Shown: positions 8,111 to 15,746 of the stretch, in pieces
Layout of the letters: each line of letters begins with the position of its first letter
How positions within the stretch are numbered: the stretch's first letter is position 1
IMG/VR virus record: IMGVR_UViG_3300045988_115457
DNA length: 60,731 nucleotides
Strand: one strand, 5' to 3'
Origin: a virus
Notes under the pieces: generated by a model
The model's database searches: none
The model's input: the letters and a program-made list of their open reading frames with translations, nothing else
Told to the model about the DNA's origin: nothing
Position numbers and translations under genes: made by a program

Positions 8111-8179
8111 TGGACAATAAAGGAATCGAACCTTTTTCTCACCCGTGCGAGTGCGTTCTAACCATTAAACTAATTGCCC
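8111..8179 (-). ncRNA. tRNA-like RNA C (69 nt): canonical acceptor, D and T arms, but the anticodon arm is a 5-bp stem capped by a 4-nt loop
   Basis: GGGCAAT-TA-GTTT-AATGGTTA-GAAC-G-CACTC-GCAC-GGGTG-AGAA-AAAGG-TTCGATT-CCTTT-ATTGTCC-A. It is 3 nt short of a tRNA exactly where the anticodon would be. Confidence 0.55.
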
Positions 8180-8266
8180 GTTTGCCTGTATCACGTCAGA
8201 TACAGGACTTAATCGACACGAATTTTCACACATAAAACAGCTATTCTCCCGAACCGCATACCTATA

Positions 8267-8428
8267 TCACTTTTCTCTCTTTAGTCTTTTTTGGTGCTTT
8301 TCCATATATATGGAACATAATGCAAATACAGCAAACGAAAGCCAGAAGACAATATTCATTTCGTTTGCAAGCAATATTGTTAATGCGAACGATATTGCCC
8401 AAATTGCTAATAGTGGAGTACGTTTCAT
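8267..8428 (-). CDS. small membrane protein (53 aa)
   Basis: MKRTPLLAIWAISFALTILLANEMNIVFWLSFAVFALCSIYMEKHQKRLKREK: two hydrophobic helices and a basic tail. Start chosen to avoid tRNA-like B. Confidence 0.4.
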   Translation of the reverse strand: MKRTPLLAIWAISFALTILLANEMNIVFWLSFAVFALCSIYMEKHQKRLKREK

Positions 8429-8453
8429 AAGATTAATTATTTGATTATTATTG

Positions 8454-8558
8454 TGGATAAGCCCGGGGTCGAACCGGGAATGGTACATGTTCTAATTTTA
8501 AGGAGTATCGCACTCACACTTCCCTTGTTTCAGCGTCTACCAATTCCGCCACTTATCC
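8454..8558 (-). ncRNA. tRNA-like RNA B (105 nt): class-II tRNA frame with a 54-nt non-canonical middle
   Basis: GGATAAG-TG-GCGGAATTGGTAGACGC...[54 nt]...CCCGG-TTCGACC-CCGGG-CTTATCC-A. Acceptor pairs 7/7. D arm is near-identical to bacterial tRNA-Leu. No recognisable anticodon stem-loop. Confidence 0.55.
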
Positions 8559-8647
8559 TTATTAAAAAGTGCACTATCTTCACAGACCGTACACTATACA
8601 ACACAAACACAAAATAAAAATTACAAAACAAAAATTTGTCTATGGAA

Positions 8648-9043
8648 TTATTTTTCAATATTGATTTTTACACCATTGATTATCCCCAAATGCCTTAAAT
8701 ACACTTCATCTGGATAGACATATCTTTCATCACCGCCATGTATCCTAATGGTATGGGAACCGTCTATATGAATGTCCGTTCTAGCATATCCTGACGCAAA
8801 CTTTTCGCCAACAAATACAAGTCTTTCAATATGAGTAAATGCATCTGAAACGCAAACAATATGGCACCCATCTGTACGAATAAGGTGTTTGTACTCTGGG
8901 AAAATCCTTTCCTTACATTCTTCAAGTTCTCGTACAATATCAACATCACCACCAAATCTTCGACCTTTATGAATCGGTTCTGATAACTCATAAAATCTTT
9001 GATATTTGGTAGTTTCTACCAATTTGGCTATAATTTCTTTCAT
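8648..9043 (-). CDS. hypothetical protein
   Basis: 131-aa ORF. Confidence 0.65.
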   Translation of the reverse strand: MKEIIAKLVETTKYQRFYELSEPIHKGRRFGGDVDIVRELEECKERIFPEYKHLIRTDGCHIVCVSDAFTHIERLVFVGEKFASGYARTDIHIDGSHTIRIHGGDERYVYPDEVYLRHLGIINGVKINIEK

Positions 9044-9412
9044 TTTTATAAATTTAAAGTGGTTGTGTCCTACCCGATTCTCGCTATCGGCTGCCGTTCA
9101 ATCCGTCAGTAGGGCTATATTGTAATCAGCGTACGGACGCCTAACCCCGTTTTCTTACTGATAAAGACGATGTTTTTCAGACTGATTTTTTTTCGATATA
9201 TTACTTACTCACGTTGCTTCCTTCCGCTCATATCATCGCTGGTTGGCTATTACGCTATACTCCGCATCGGCTATACTGCTTATCTGCGCAGGCTACTTTA
9301 ACGTGCCCTGAACACGGCTTCATTTTTGAGGGTTAAGCCTCCCATCCCGAATTAGGATTCATCGGTTTACCGTTGTGCTCCGAAAGCGTTTCGCTCGCTT
9401 CTTTCGTAGATT
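9044..9412 (-). other. 369-bp non-coding, relatively GC-rich region (structured RNA or replication origin candidate)
   Basis: No ORF in any frame. Local helices (e.g. CGAAAG.../...CTTTCG, CCGAT-AGCGAGA-ATCGG), three GGCTA(T)(T)AC direct repeats (9244-9300) and a T8/A-T tract (9186-9210). Confidence 0.3.
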
Positions 9413-9598
9413 CTAACCTAACAGAGCTTCGTATTCACTTATCAAATTGAAAAGGTAATTCATAATCCATTTCTTTGGCTTATTAAAAGCGGTCAATAAC
9501 TGAACGGTCTTTTCATCTCTCTTCTCCAGATCCTTCACGTATTGATGAAGGAAAGCCAATTTCTCATTAATCTGTTCTGTACTCATAATTACCTCCAA
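9413..9598 (-). CDS. hypothetical protein
   Basis: 61-aa ORF overlapping the upstream ORF by 10 nt. Confidence 0.5.
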   Translation of the reverse strand: MEVIMSTEQINEKLAFLHQYVKDLEKRDEKTVQLLTAFNKPKKWIMNYLFNLISEYEALLG

Positions 9599-9858
9599 GA
9601 GCTATCATAGTTAGTATATTTATCGGCAAAGAACACCTTCAATACATTTCCTTTGTTTGCATTGAACACAGGTTTGAAAGACTTCTTTTCCTCTTCAATC
9701 TCTCTGTATTCTTTTTGCTGTCTTTTTGCCAAGAACCAAGCCTGTTTCAATGCTTCACTCAAAGAGATACGACGATACGCTTTCAAAACATGAGCGTGTT
9801 TCATTATCTCACTGTTATTGAATTTTCCGGTTTCTGTCAAAAATGTAAATGCGTTCAT
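9589..9858 (-). CDS. hypothetical protein
   Basis: 89-aa ORF. Confidence 0.55.
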   Translation of the reverse strand: MNAFTFLTETGKFNNSEIMKHAHVLKAYRRISLSEALKQAWFLAKRQQKEYREIEEEKKSFKPVFNANKGNVLKVFFADKYTNYDSSWR

Positions 9859-10045
9859 AATCGTATCTTTTTAATTTTAATATAAATGTACTATTGCGAA
9901 TCATTTCAAAGTTGCGTATCTTTGTAACGTTTCGATGATGCAAATATACTGATTTATTTTCAGCAATCAAGAGTTTTACTGAATTTATTTCAGCACAAAA
10001 CATTATTTAACTATTAGATCGGACTATACATTATTATATATAACT

Positions 10046-10381
10046 ATGGACTTGAAAGACTTTGTCAGCGAAACACTGAAAGAGATAATTGCAGGTGTTA
10101 AGGAGGCGCAAGAATACGCAAAAGAACATGGAGCGGTAATTAACCCTACTAAGTTTGGGGTTGTCGCACCAAAAGCCATAATGAATAAAGATAACGATGA
10201 AGTTACGTCCATACAGCGCATTGACTTCTCATTATCATTGCAGCAATCTTATGCAGCTGACGGGAAGGTAAGCATAGGAGTCCTCGATATAGGAAAAGTA
10301 GAAGGAAAATACGAAAATATTAAAGAAAACAGAGTAAATTTCAGCGTTTTAATTACACTCCCATGTGGCGATACCCATTAG
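10046..10381 (+). CDS. stand-alone small protein, possibly trypco2-like (conflict-system adaptor fold)
   Basis: N-terminal helix LKDFVSETLKEIIAGVKEAQEYAKE, then beta-rich IQRIDFSLSLQ...DGKVSIGVLDIGKVEGKYENIKENRVNFSVLITLP. The pattern matches my recollection of the trypco2 family. Opposite strand to its neighbours. Confidence 0.35.
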   Translation: MDLKDFVSETLKEIIAGVKEAQEYAKEHGAVINPTKFGVVAPKAIMNKDNDEVTSIQRIDFSLSLQQSYAADGKVSIGVLDIGKVEGKYENIKENRVNFSVLITLPCGDTH

Positions 10382-10559
10382 GAAGTGCATTGGCATTGAA
10401 CTTCCCGTTTTTGATATAATTAGAAAGTTCTTCTGAAATTCGTATGGCTGTTTCTGCTTCTGTATTGTTCCCGACAAGATTGCTATTCAAAACCATTAGA
10501 AGTATTCTTTTCCTTCTTCTTTGAGCGATGCGATTCTTGAAAATAGAAAATAGTTTCAT
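10353..10559 (-). CDS. first small ORF of the early leftward operon (68 aa, basic)
   Basis: MKLFSIFKNRIAQRRRKRILL... Start chosen at an internal Met. Overlaps the 3' end of the convergent plus-strand gene. Confidence 0.35.
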   Translation of the reverse strand: MKLFSIFKNRIAQRRRKRILLMVLNSNLVGNNTEAETAIRISEELSNYIKNGKFNANALPNGYRHMGV

Positions 10560-10752
10560 AACAATAAAAATAAAGCGACCAACTCCAAAGTTGCGGTTGG
10601 AAAGGTCTAATAAAACGAAATACCGCAATATATAGTTATTAAAATAAAAATATCCGCAATAGGTTGCAGCTACTACGGATACCATATATTAAACCTCTTG
10701 TGAGGAAAGTTTAACCACTTTGTCTCTGTAACATCTGCAACTTGTTACGATG

Positions 10753-10787
10753 CAAAGATACAGAAATAAATTCAGTATGACAACAAA
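10753..10787 (-). promoter_or_regulatory. candidate early (leftward) promoter, Bacteroides -33/-7 type, overlapping the repressor start codon
   Basis: Minus strand TTTG (10787-10784), 23 nt, then TATCTTTG (10760-10753). Flanked by TTGCGG/CCGCAA/CTGCAA half-site repeats at 10586-10745. Confidence 0.35.
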
Positions 10788-11280
10788 AGATAGATTAATA
10801 ACATTTCTTGCATATATAAATATAAGTCAAGGAAAATTCGAAAAGGGGGTTGGTTTATCAACTGGTTTTGTTAATAATGTAGGAGACAGTATAAGAAAAT
10901 CTACTCTTGATAAAATCTCCTCTGTATATCCTGAATTAAATACAGCATGGCTACTCACAGGCGTTGGAAATATGATAAATGAAAATAAAAACAACGTAGG
11001 AAGAGACAACTATGGTGTGCAAGGAAACGGTTCTCAAAATATTTCAGGCAACATGGTCAACGTAACTATGCCCGAATCCGGTACACAAAAAATTATTAAG
11101 CCCACTGGAGAAGTTGAAATACAGCGACTAGACCCAAGCGACAAATCAAACTCGGGAGAGCTCGATAGGCTACAACAGCGTATTCAGGATTTAGAAAGAA
11201 TTATATCTGAAAAAGACGCTACAATAAAGTCTAAGGATGATTTAATATGTGTTTTAAAAGATATGCTCAATAGGCAGTAG
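10777..11280 (+). CDS. CI-like HTH repressor with a coiled-coil C-terminus
   Basis: MTTKDRLITFLAYINISQGKFEKGVGLSTGFVNN...WLLTGVGNM (XRE-type HTH typical of Bacteroidales prophage repressors). Same strand as, and upstream of, the integrase. Confidence 0.65.
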   Translation: MTTKDRLITFLAYINISQGKFEKGVGLSTGFVNNVGDSIRKSTLDKISSVYPELNTAWLLTGVGNMINENKNNVGRDNYGVQGNGSQNISGNMVNVTMPESGTQKIIKPTGEVEIQRLDPSDKSNSGELDRLQQRIQDLERIISEKDATIKSKDDLICVLKDMLNRQ

Positions 11281-11467
11281 TATATTAGGTTTAGGTTATG
11301 TTTTATTTGTAAAATAATAGAACAGGCAAATTACAAAAAAGTTGAAGAAAACCAATAGAGAAAGTAACAAATTATCGTAATTTAAACGCAATAAGCAACA
11401 ATAGAATACATTAATCAACAAAAATGCTATATATTAAAACTAACTGACGATATTTTATAGAAAAGCT

Positions 11468-12742
11468 ATGAATATAAAAAGAAACTGCATATTCCTTTTA
11501 GACAAAGAGAAAGACAAACTGGATGCAAAAATTCGCTACAGGATAAAGTGGGACGGAAATACGGTTGCATTTAACGTCGGGCATCGTATAGACATAGACA
11601 AATGGATACCAGATGCACAGCGATGCAAGAATAACACAACCCATGGAATCAAGAAAACGCATTCCTCTATTATTAATAGGGATATTCAAAAATATCAAGA
11701 TATATGCGATACAGTCTTTTTTTATTTCGAACAGCAAAACATATCTCCAAGTCCTGAAGAATTTAAGAATGAGTTTAACCAAAGGCTTGGCAAAAAAGTG
11801 AAGCCGGAACGGACTATTTTTGAATATCATATAGAGTTTATGATAGAACAAGGTCACGAAAGCCAATGGAGTGAATCCACATACAAAGAGCATAGAACAA
11901 TACAACGTAGACTGAAAGAGTTTGCTCCTAAATTAGAGTTTGAGGATTTAACCCAGAAAGGGCTTTCCAAATTTGTTGACTACCTGCAAACTATACAAGT
12001 CAATTCAAAGAAAAAGGGATTAAAGAATTCTAGTATAAGAAAGAACTTAGACAATTTAAAGTGGTTTCTCCGGTGGGCTACCAATAAAGGATATAACAAA
12101 GAAATGGCTTTTACGACCTTTCAGCCCAAATTGAAGGAGGTTAAGAATACGATCGTTTACCTTACATGGGAAGAATTGATGACGGTATATAATTTCAAGG
12201 CTCCTATAACTTGTTCTCACCTAGAAAAAGTGAAAGACGTATTTTGTTTCTGCTGTTTTACTTCATTGAGATATTCAGACGTTGCAAATCTTAAAAGGAC
12301 AAACGTATTTGAAGATCACATACAGGTAACGACTATCAAGACTTATGAGACATTAAGGATCGAATTAAACGACTATTCAAAAGCAATATTAGAGAAATAT
12401 AAAGACGAGACATACGAAGATAATTTAGCTCTCCCTGTTATATCTAACCAAAAGATGAATGATGGTCTTAAAGAGTTAGGAGAATTATGCGGCATAGATG
12501 AGCCTGTATCTATCACTTATTATAAAGGAGGGGAACGATATGATGAAACTTATAAGAAATACGAGCTTTTGACTACTCACTGCGGAAGAAGGACTTTTAT
12601 AAGCAATGCCATCATGTTAGGTATTTCCCCTGAAATTGTAATGAAATGGACTGGACATGAAGATTACCGAACGATGAAGCCATACATAGCCATCGCGGAC
12701 AAAGCTAAGAAAGATGCGATGGATTTATTCAATAAAAAATAG
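11468..12742 (+). CDS. int: tyrosine-type site-specific integrase (Bacteroides type)
   Basis: Catalytic residues in order: FTSLRYSD (R), HCGRRTF (HxxR), WTGHEDYRTMKPY (H...Y). 424 aa with a long N-terminal arm-binding region. Confidence 0.9.
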   Translation: MNIKRNCIFLLDKEKDKLDAKIRYRIKWDGNTVAFNVGHRIDIDKWIPDAQRCKNNTTHGIKKTHSSIINRDIQKYQDICDTVFFYFEQQNISPSPEEFKNEFNQRLGKKVKPERTIFEYHIEFMIEQGHESQWSESTYKEHRTIQRRLKEFAPKLEFEDLTQKGLSKFVDYLQTIQVNSKKKGLKNSSIRKNLDNLKWFLRWATNKGYNKEMAFTTFQPKLKEVKNTIVYLTWEELMTVYNFKAPITCSHLEKVKDVFCFCCFTSLRYSDVANLKRTNVFEDHIQVTTIKTYETLRIELNDYSKAILEKYKDETYEDNLALPVISNQKMNDGLKELGELCGIDEPVSITYYKGGERYDETYKKYELLTTHCGRRTFISNAIMLGISPEIVMKWTGHEDYRTMKPYIAIADKAKKDAMDLFNKK

Positions 12743-12967
12743 TCCCCAGCACAAAAAACGGGGACCAAATCAGGGACTTTTTAATTACCGATACTAGCCT
12801 ATAATATCTATAATATATTCATATAAGGCATATATAATCCCATAATAACTGGCATTTACTTTTACTACTTTACATTAGGCTTCTCGTACCCACTACCAAC
12901 AACTCTAAAAATCAACAAATTACAAAATAAGAGTACTAAAACAGGGACTAAAATACAAAAAGGCAGC
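12743..12967. other. probable attP region
   Basis: AT-rich, ORF-free 225 bp immediately 3' of int. Hairpin GTCCCC..GGGGAC (12742-12765). Direct repeats CAGGGACT at 12771-12778 and 12942-12949. The core cannot be defined without attB. Confidence 0.35.
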
Positions 12968-13219
12968 TTATTCGGCTGCCTTCTCTATTTTGTTTTTAAA
13001 CAATCTCAACTGGTCTACAGTCGGGTAAAACGTAGGGTTCTCCCAGTTCCTCGAAATCACCGCTATCATCGAATCAAGGTATTTTCCGCAATCGAGAATT
13101 TTGGCGCATTTATCCAGCTGGAATTCCCCGACCGGGTATCTCTTATTGTTGAGCGTTTCTTTAGCCCAAGTTAGCAACTCGTTTATTGAGTCGTAGTCGT
13201 ATTTCTTTTCTTCTGCCAT
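12968..13219 (-). CDS. hypothetical protein (83 aa)
   Basis: MAEEKKYDYDSINELLTWAKE... The hairpin GGCAGC-TTATTC-GGCTGCC overlaps its 3' end. Confidence 0.55.
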   Translation of the reverse strand: MAEEKKYDYDSINELLTWAKETLNNKRYPVGEFQLDKCAKILDCGKYLDSMIAVISRNWENPTFYPTVDQLRLFKNKIEKAAE

Positions 13220-13418
13220 AATGTTAGTTTTCGGCAAAGGTATAAAAAATCCCCGACTACATAGCCAGGGACAAACACAAAGATATAACCCTTGCAATAA
13301 TCGCAAGAGGAATCAGCCAGTACAACCACCTTTCTAGGCGTTCCATAGCATCACCAGCAGAAGCCGGCAGAAATCCGAGTGATACCGGTCGTCGGCCTGC
13401 TCAAGCAATATATCGAGC

Positions 13419-13577
13419 TTACTTCTTTGCATCTCTCATCATTTTACGTCTTTGTTGCCGGGTAAGTCCAACGTTCTTTGCAACTCCGGTCAGGATCGCT
13501 TTCTCATCATCGGACATCATGTCTACGACTTCCTTTTTAGATTTGCCGGACAATATGGCTTTCAATATCTTATGCAT
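13419..13577 (-). CDS. small basic hypothetical protein (52 aa, below the ORF-track cutoff)
   Basis: My own translation: MHKILKAILSGKSKKEVVDMMSDDEKAILTGVAKNVGLTRQQRRKMMRDAKK. Its ATG overlaps the upstream stop (ATGCATAA). Confidence 0.4.
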   Translation of the reverse strand: MHKILKAILSGKSKKEVVDMMSDDEKAILTGVAKNVGLTRQQRRKMMRDAKK

Positions 13578-14013
13578 GGCATTTACATTTTTTGGTAATC
13601 ATCTGTCTGTGTTCATTGCAATCACAAATGAACATCTGGACATCTTCGGTTAGCATCTGTGCGATGTCACCTGAAAGATATGCTATCTCTTCGCCCCAGG
13701 GATTGATCCGGAAAGCTTTAGCGATATGTGCTTCCAGGTGCTTTCTTTCATGGTCGAAAGAATTAAGGAATTCAGAAGGTGAAGAGGTAAGCCCTACGAC
13801 CATGACTGTTTCCCTCCTGCCATAGTTTGAGTAAGTCAGCCCTGTATCCAGCTTACAGGCATTCAAATTCTGGTAGGATTCAAGGAGAATATCTTCCGGA
13901 CAATCAATGCTTTCGAGTGCGTCCATTATTATATCTGTCCAATAGCAGGTTACAGCATAGAATATATGAACCACCCAATCGTATTTTCGTATATGTATTC
14001 TCCTTGTAATCAT
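13570..14013 (-). CDS. putative zinc metallopeptidase-like protein (HExxH)
   Basis: FDHERKHLEAH contains HExxH, preceded by a hydrophobic strand VMVVGLTSS. C-terminal CDCNEH...KCKCH cluster. Confidence 0.4.
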   Translation of the reverse strand: MITRRIHIRKYDWVVHIFYAVTCYWTDIIMDALESIDCPEDILLESYQNLNACKLDTGLTYSNYGRRETVMVVGLTSSPSEFLNSFDHERKHLEAHIAKAFRINPWGEEIAYLSGDIAQMLTEDVQMFICDCNEHRQMITKKCKCHA

Positions 14014-14014
14014 T

Positions 14015-14440
14015 TTATAACATGTCTTCCCAGATTATGGGAGTGTCGCTACCGATCGTATCGGCATAATACCGGCTGAATGTTTTTCCTTCCGGTGCAT
14101 CTTCATCATCAATGTAATCCCTGACAAACATAGCAAGATACTGCTGGTTGGGAATTGAGGACCCGAAGTAATCCGCAATAGCCATATTGCAGACATACAC
14201 AGCATCATACCCTTTGTCTTTTTTCAGTTCGATATTGAACTGCTTCAACAGCGCATCCAGTTTTTCCTTTGTATAGGTAGAAATTTTTGCGCCATTCCTG
14301 TCCCTCATATTAGACACGGCGAACTCGCACATTTTTTTAGAAAAGTGCCAGCCATAGTTTGAGAGATATTCTTTCATTCCCTCCGGCAAGCGTTCATAGA
14401 CATCCATTCGGCTCATATATATAGTTTTTATTGTATTCAA
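14015..14440 (-). CDS. hypothetical protein
   Basis: 141-aa ORF, tightly packed. Confidence 0.65.
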   Translation of the reverse strand: MNTIKTIYMSRMDVYERLPEGMKEYLSNYGWHFSKKMCEFAVSNMRDRNGAKISTYTKEKLDALLKQFNIELKKDKGYDAVYVCNMAIADYFGSSIPNQQYLAMFVRDYIDDEDAPEGKTFSRYYADTIGSDTPIIWEDML

Positions 14441-14473
14441 CTTAAAGAAGGGGAACAGTGTCCCCTTCGTGGA

Positions 14474-14728
14474 TTATCTCCGGTATCTGGAATAAGGACC
14501 GGTTCCTCTGACACCACGTCTTTCACCATATCCACCATCTCCGTAACCACCGTCTCCGTAGTCTCCCATGCGACCGTCGTTATAACGTTCGCCATATCCG
14601 CCACGCATTTCACTCATGGCCTTTTCATAGCCATCACGACAACCTTCTTTATATGCACGCTCAACTTCACGTTCCATATCTTCGTTGTCACCAAAGCTCC
14701 GGCCTTCGCCGATTACTCTCCATCCCAT
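14474..14728 (-). CDS. Gly/Tyr/Arg-rich small protein
   Basis: The C-terminal half is RGGYGERYNDGRMGDYGDGGYGDGGYGERRGVRGTGPYSRYRR. Confidence 0.55.
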   Translation of the reverse strand: MGWRVIGEGRSFGDNEDMEREVERAYKEGCRDGYEKAMSEMRGGYGERYNDGRMGDYGDGGYGDGGYGERRGVRGTGPYSRYRR

Positions 14729-14729
14729 C

Positions 14730-15260
14730 TTATTTATCTTTTTTTACGTTGTTAGTACTACTGCTCATTGACTGCATAAAGAGCGTCTTTATGTCTTCCA
14801 GTGTCGGCATATCTTTCTTTAATTGATAGATTTCATTCTGAAGATCTGTAATCTTTTTCTCCTGTGCCTTACTTTGGGCTACGCCTGGATCAATCTGCTC
14901 AAGGATGGATTCACACGCTGTAATAGTATTACGGTGTTTGTCCACATTCTGAATCGCATCAAGGCTTTTTCTATAAATACCTTCAACCACCGTTTTCAAT
15001 GAACTTTGAGAACAGGATACAGTCATCCCGGCATGTGTGGCAACATCGGACATATAAGGAATACCCTTAAATATCTGATTATTTCCATTTACCTGGACCG
15101 TCATATCAACAACCTGGAACATAGGATTAAATTGCTGTCCCGGTTGTGGTTGCGGTGTATAAGGGAGGCTCATTTCAGAGAGAACGCCCTGAAAGTATAC
15201 CGGTATATTGGTAGAATCTACTATATGCACTAACGCACCTTTATTTAAATCTTTGAACAT
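14730..15260 (-). CDS. hypothetical protein with a C-terminal coiled coil
   Basis: 176-aa ORF. KITDLQNEIYQLKKDMPTLEDIK heptad-like segment. Confidence 0.65.
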   Translation of the reverse strand: MFKDLNKGALVHIVDSTNIPVYFQGVLSEMSLPYTPQPQPGQQFNPMFQVVDMTVQVNGNNQIFKGIPYMSDVATHAGMTVSCSQSSLKTVVEGIYRKSLDAIQNVDKHRNTITACESILEQIDPGVAQSKAQEKKITDLQNEIYQLKKDMPTLEDIKTLFMQSMSSSTNNVKKDK

Positions 15261-15309
15261 AATTACTTCTCTTTTGAGAAAGCAGGGGAATCTCCCCTAC
15301 TTTCAGTTT

Positions 15310-15726
15310 TTACTTGCTTTTTGCGGCACTCTCCGAAGCTGCAGAAGCAGCAGTCGGCGACGCTTTATATCCTCCACTTACAAGGAATACCTCGTTTGTA
15401 TACTTGTTATAATGGATTTCATAGATTCCTGTACCTGACAGATTTTCAACCAGCAAAGGTTTGTTATCATAAGTCATTACAGGTCTTGTATCACCATTGG
15501 TCCCAAGAAGTATTGGTAAAGTACCGGTTGTACCGGCCGGAATTGACTGGCGAAGATTGACATAAAATCCGCCAACATAATCCCGGTTACGGAAGGCATG
15601 GTTAGGAAGTTCAAGAACTACATTTTCCGTACCAACCGTTACGCCTACCGTCGGAAGGGTATTGCTATTGTTCCTTCCGAGTGTCGGGAAAAAGAAAGGG
15701 AAACCTGTAAAAAAGTTAGGCCACAT
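15310..15726 (-). CDS. hypothetical protein (aromatic N-terminus, beta-rich body)
   Basis: MWPNFFTGFPFFFPTLGRNN... 138 aa. Confidence 0.6.
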   Translation of the reverse strand: MWPNFFTGFPFFFPTLGRNNSNTLPTVGVTVGTENVVLELPNHAFRNRDYVGGFYVNLRQSIPAGTTGTLPILLGTNGDTRPVMTYDNKPLLVENLSGTGIYEIHYNKYTNEVFLVSGGYKASPTAASAASESAAKSK

Positions 15727-15746
15727 AATTACCTCCTTTCTTACTT

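Noticed and set aside
9044-9412. tmRNA, or a hidden coding region revealed by reading through the upstream TAG
   Set aside because: There is no tRNA-Ala-like acceptor/T-arm pair and no GGGG...CCACCA ends. Reading through the TAG gives only 17 codons before a TGA, and the other frames are equally closed.
9815-10003. Short listed ORFs in spacers or antisense to genes (e.g. 9815-10003, 10024-10221, 40267-40488, 40445-40759, 3658-3840, 47555-47930)
   Set aside because: They overlap better-supported genes or RNA elements, have low-complexity or hydrophobic junk composition typical of AT-rich antisense frames, and break the otherwise tight operon packing.
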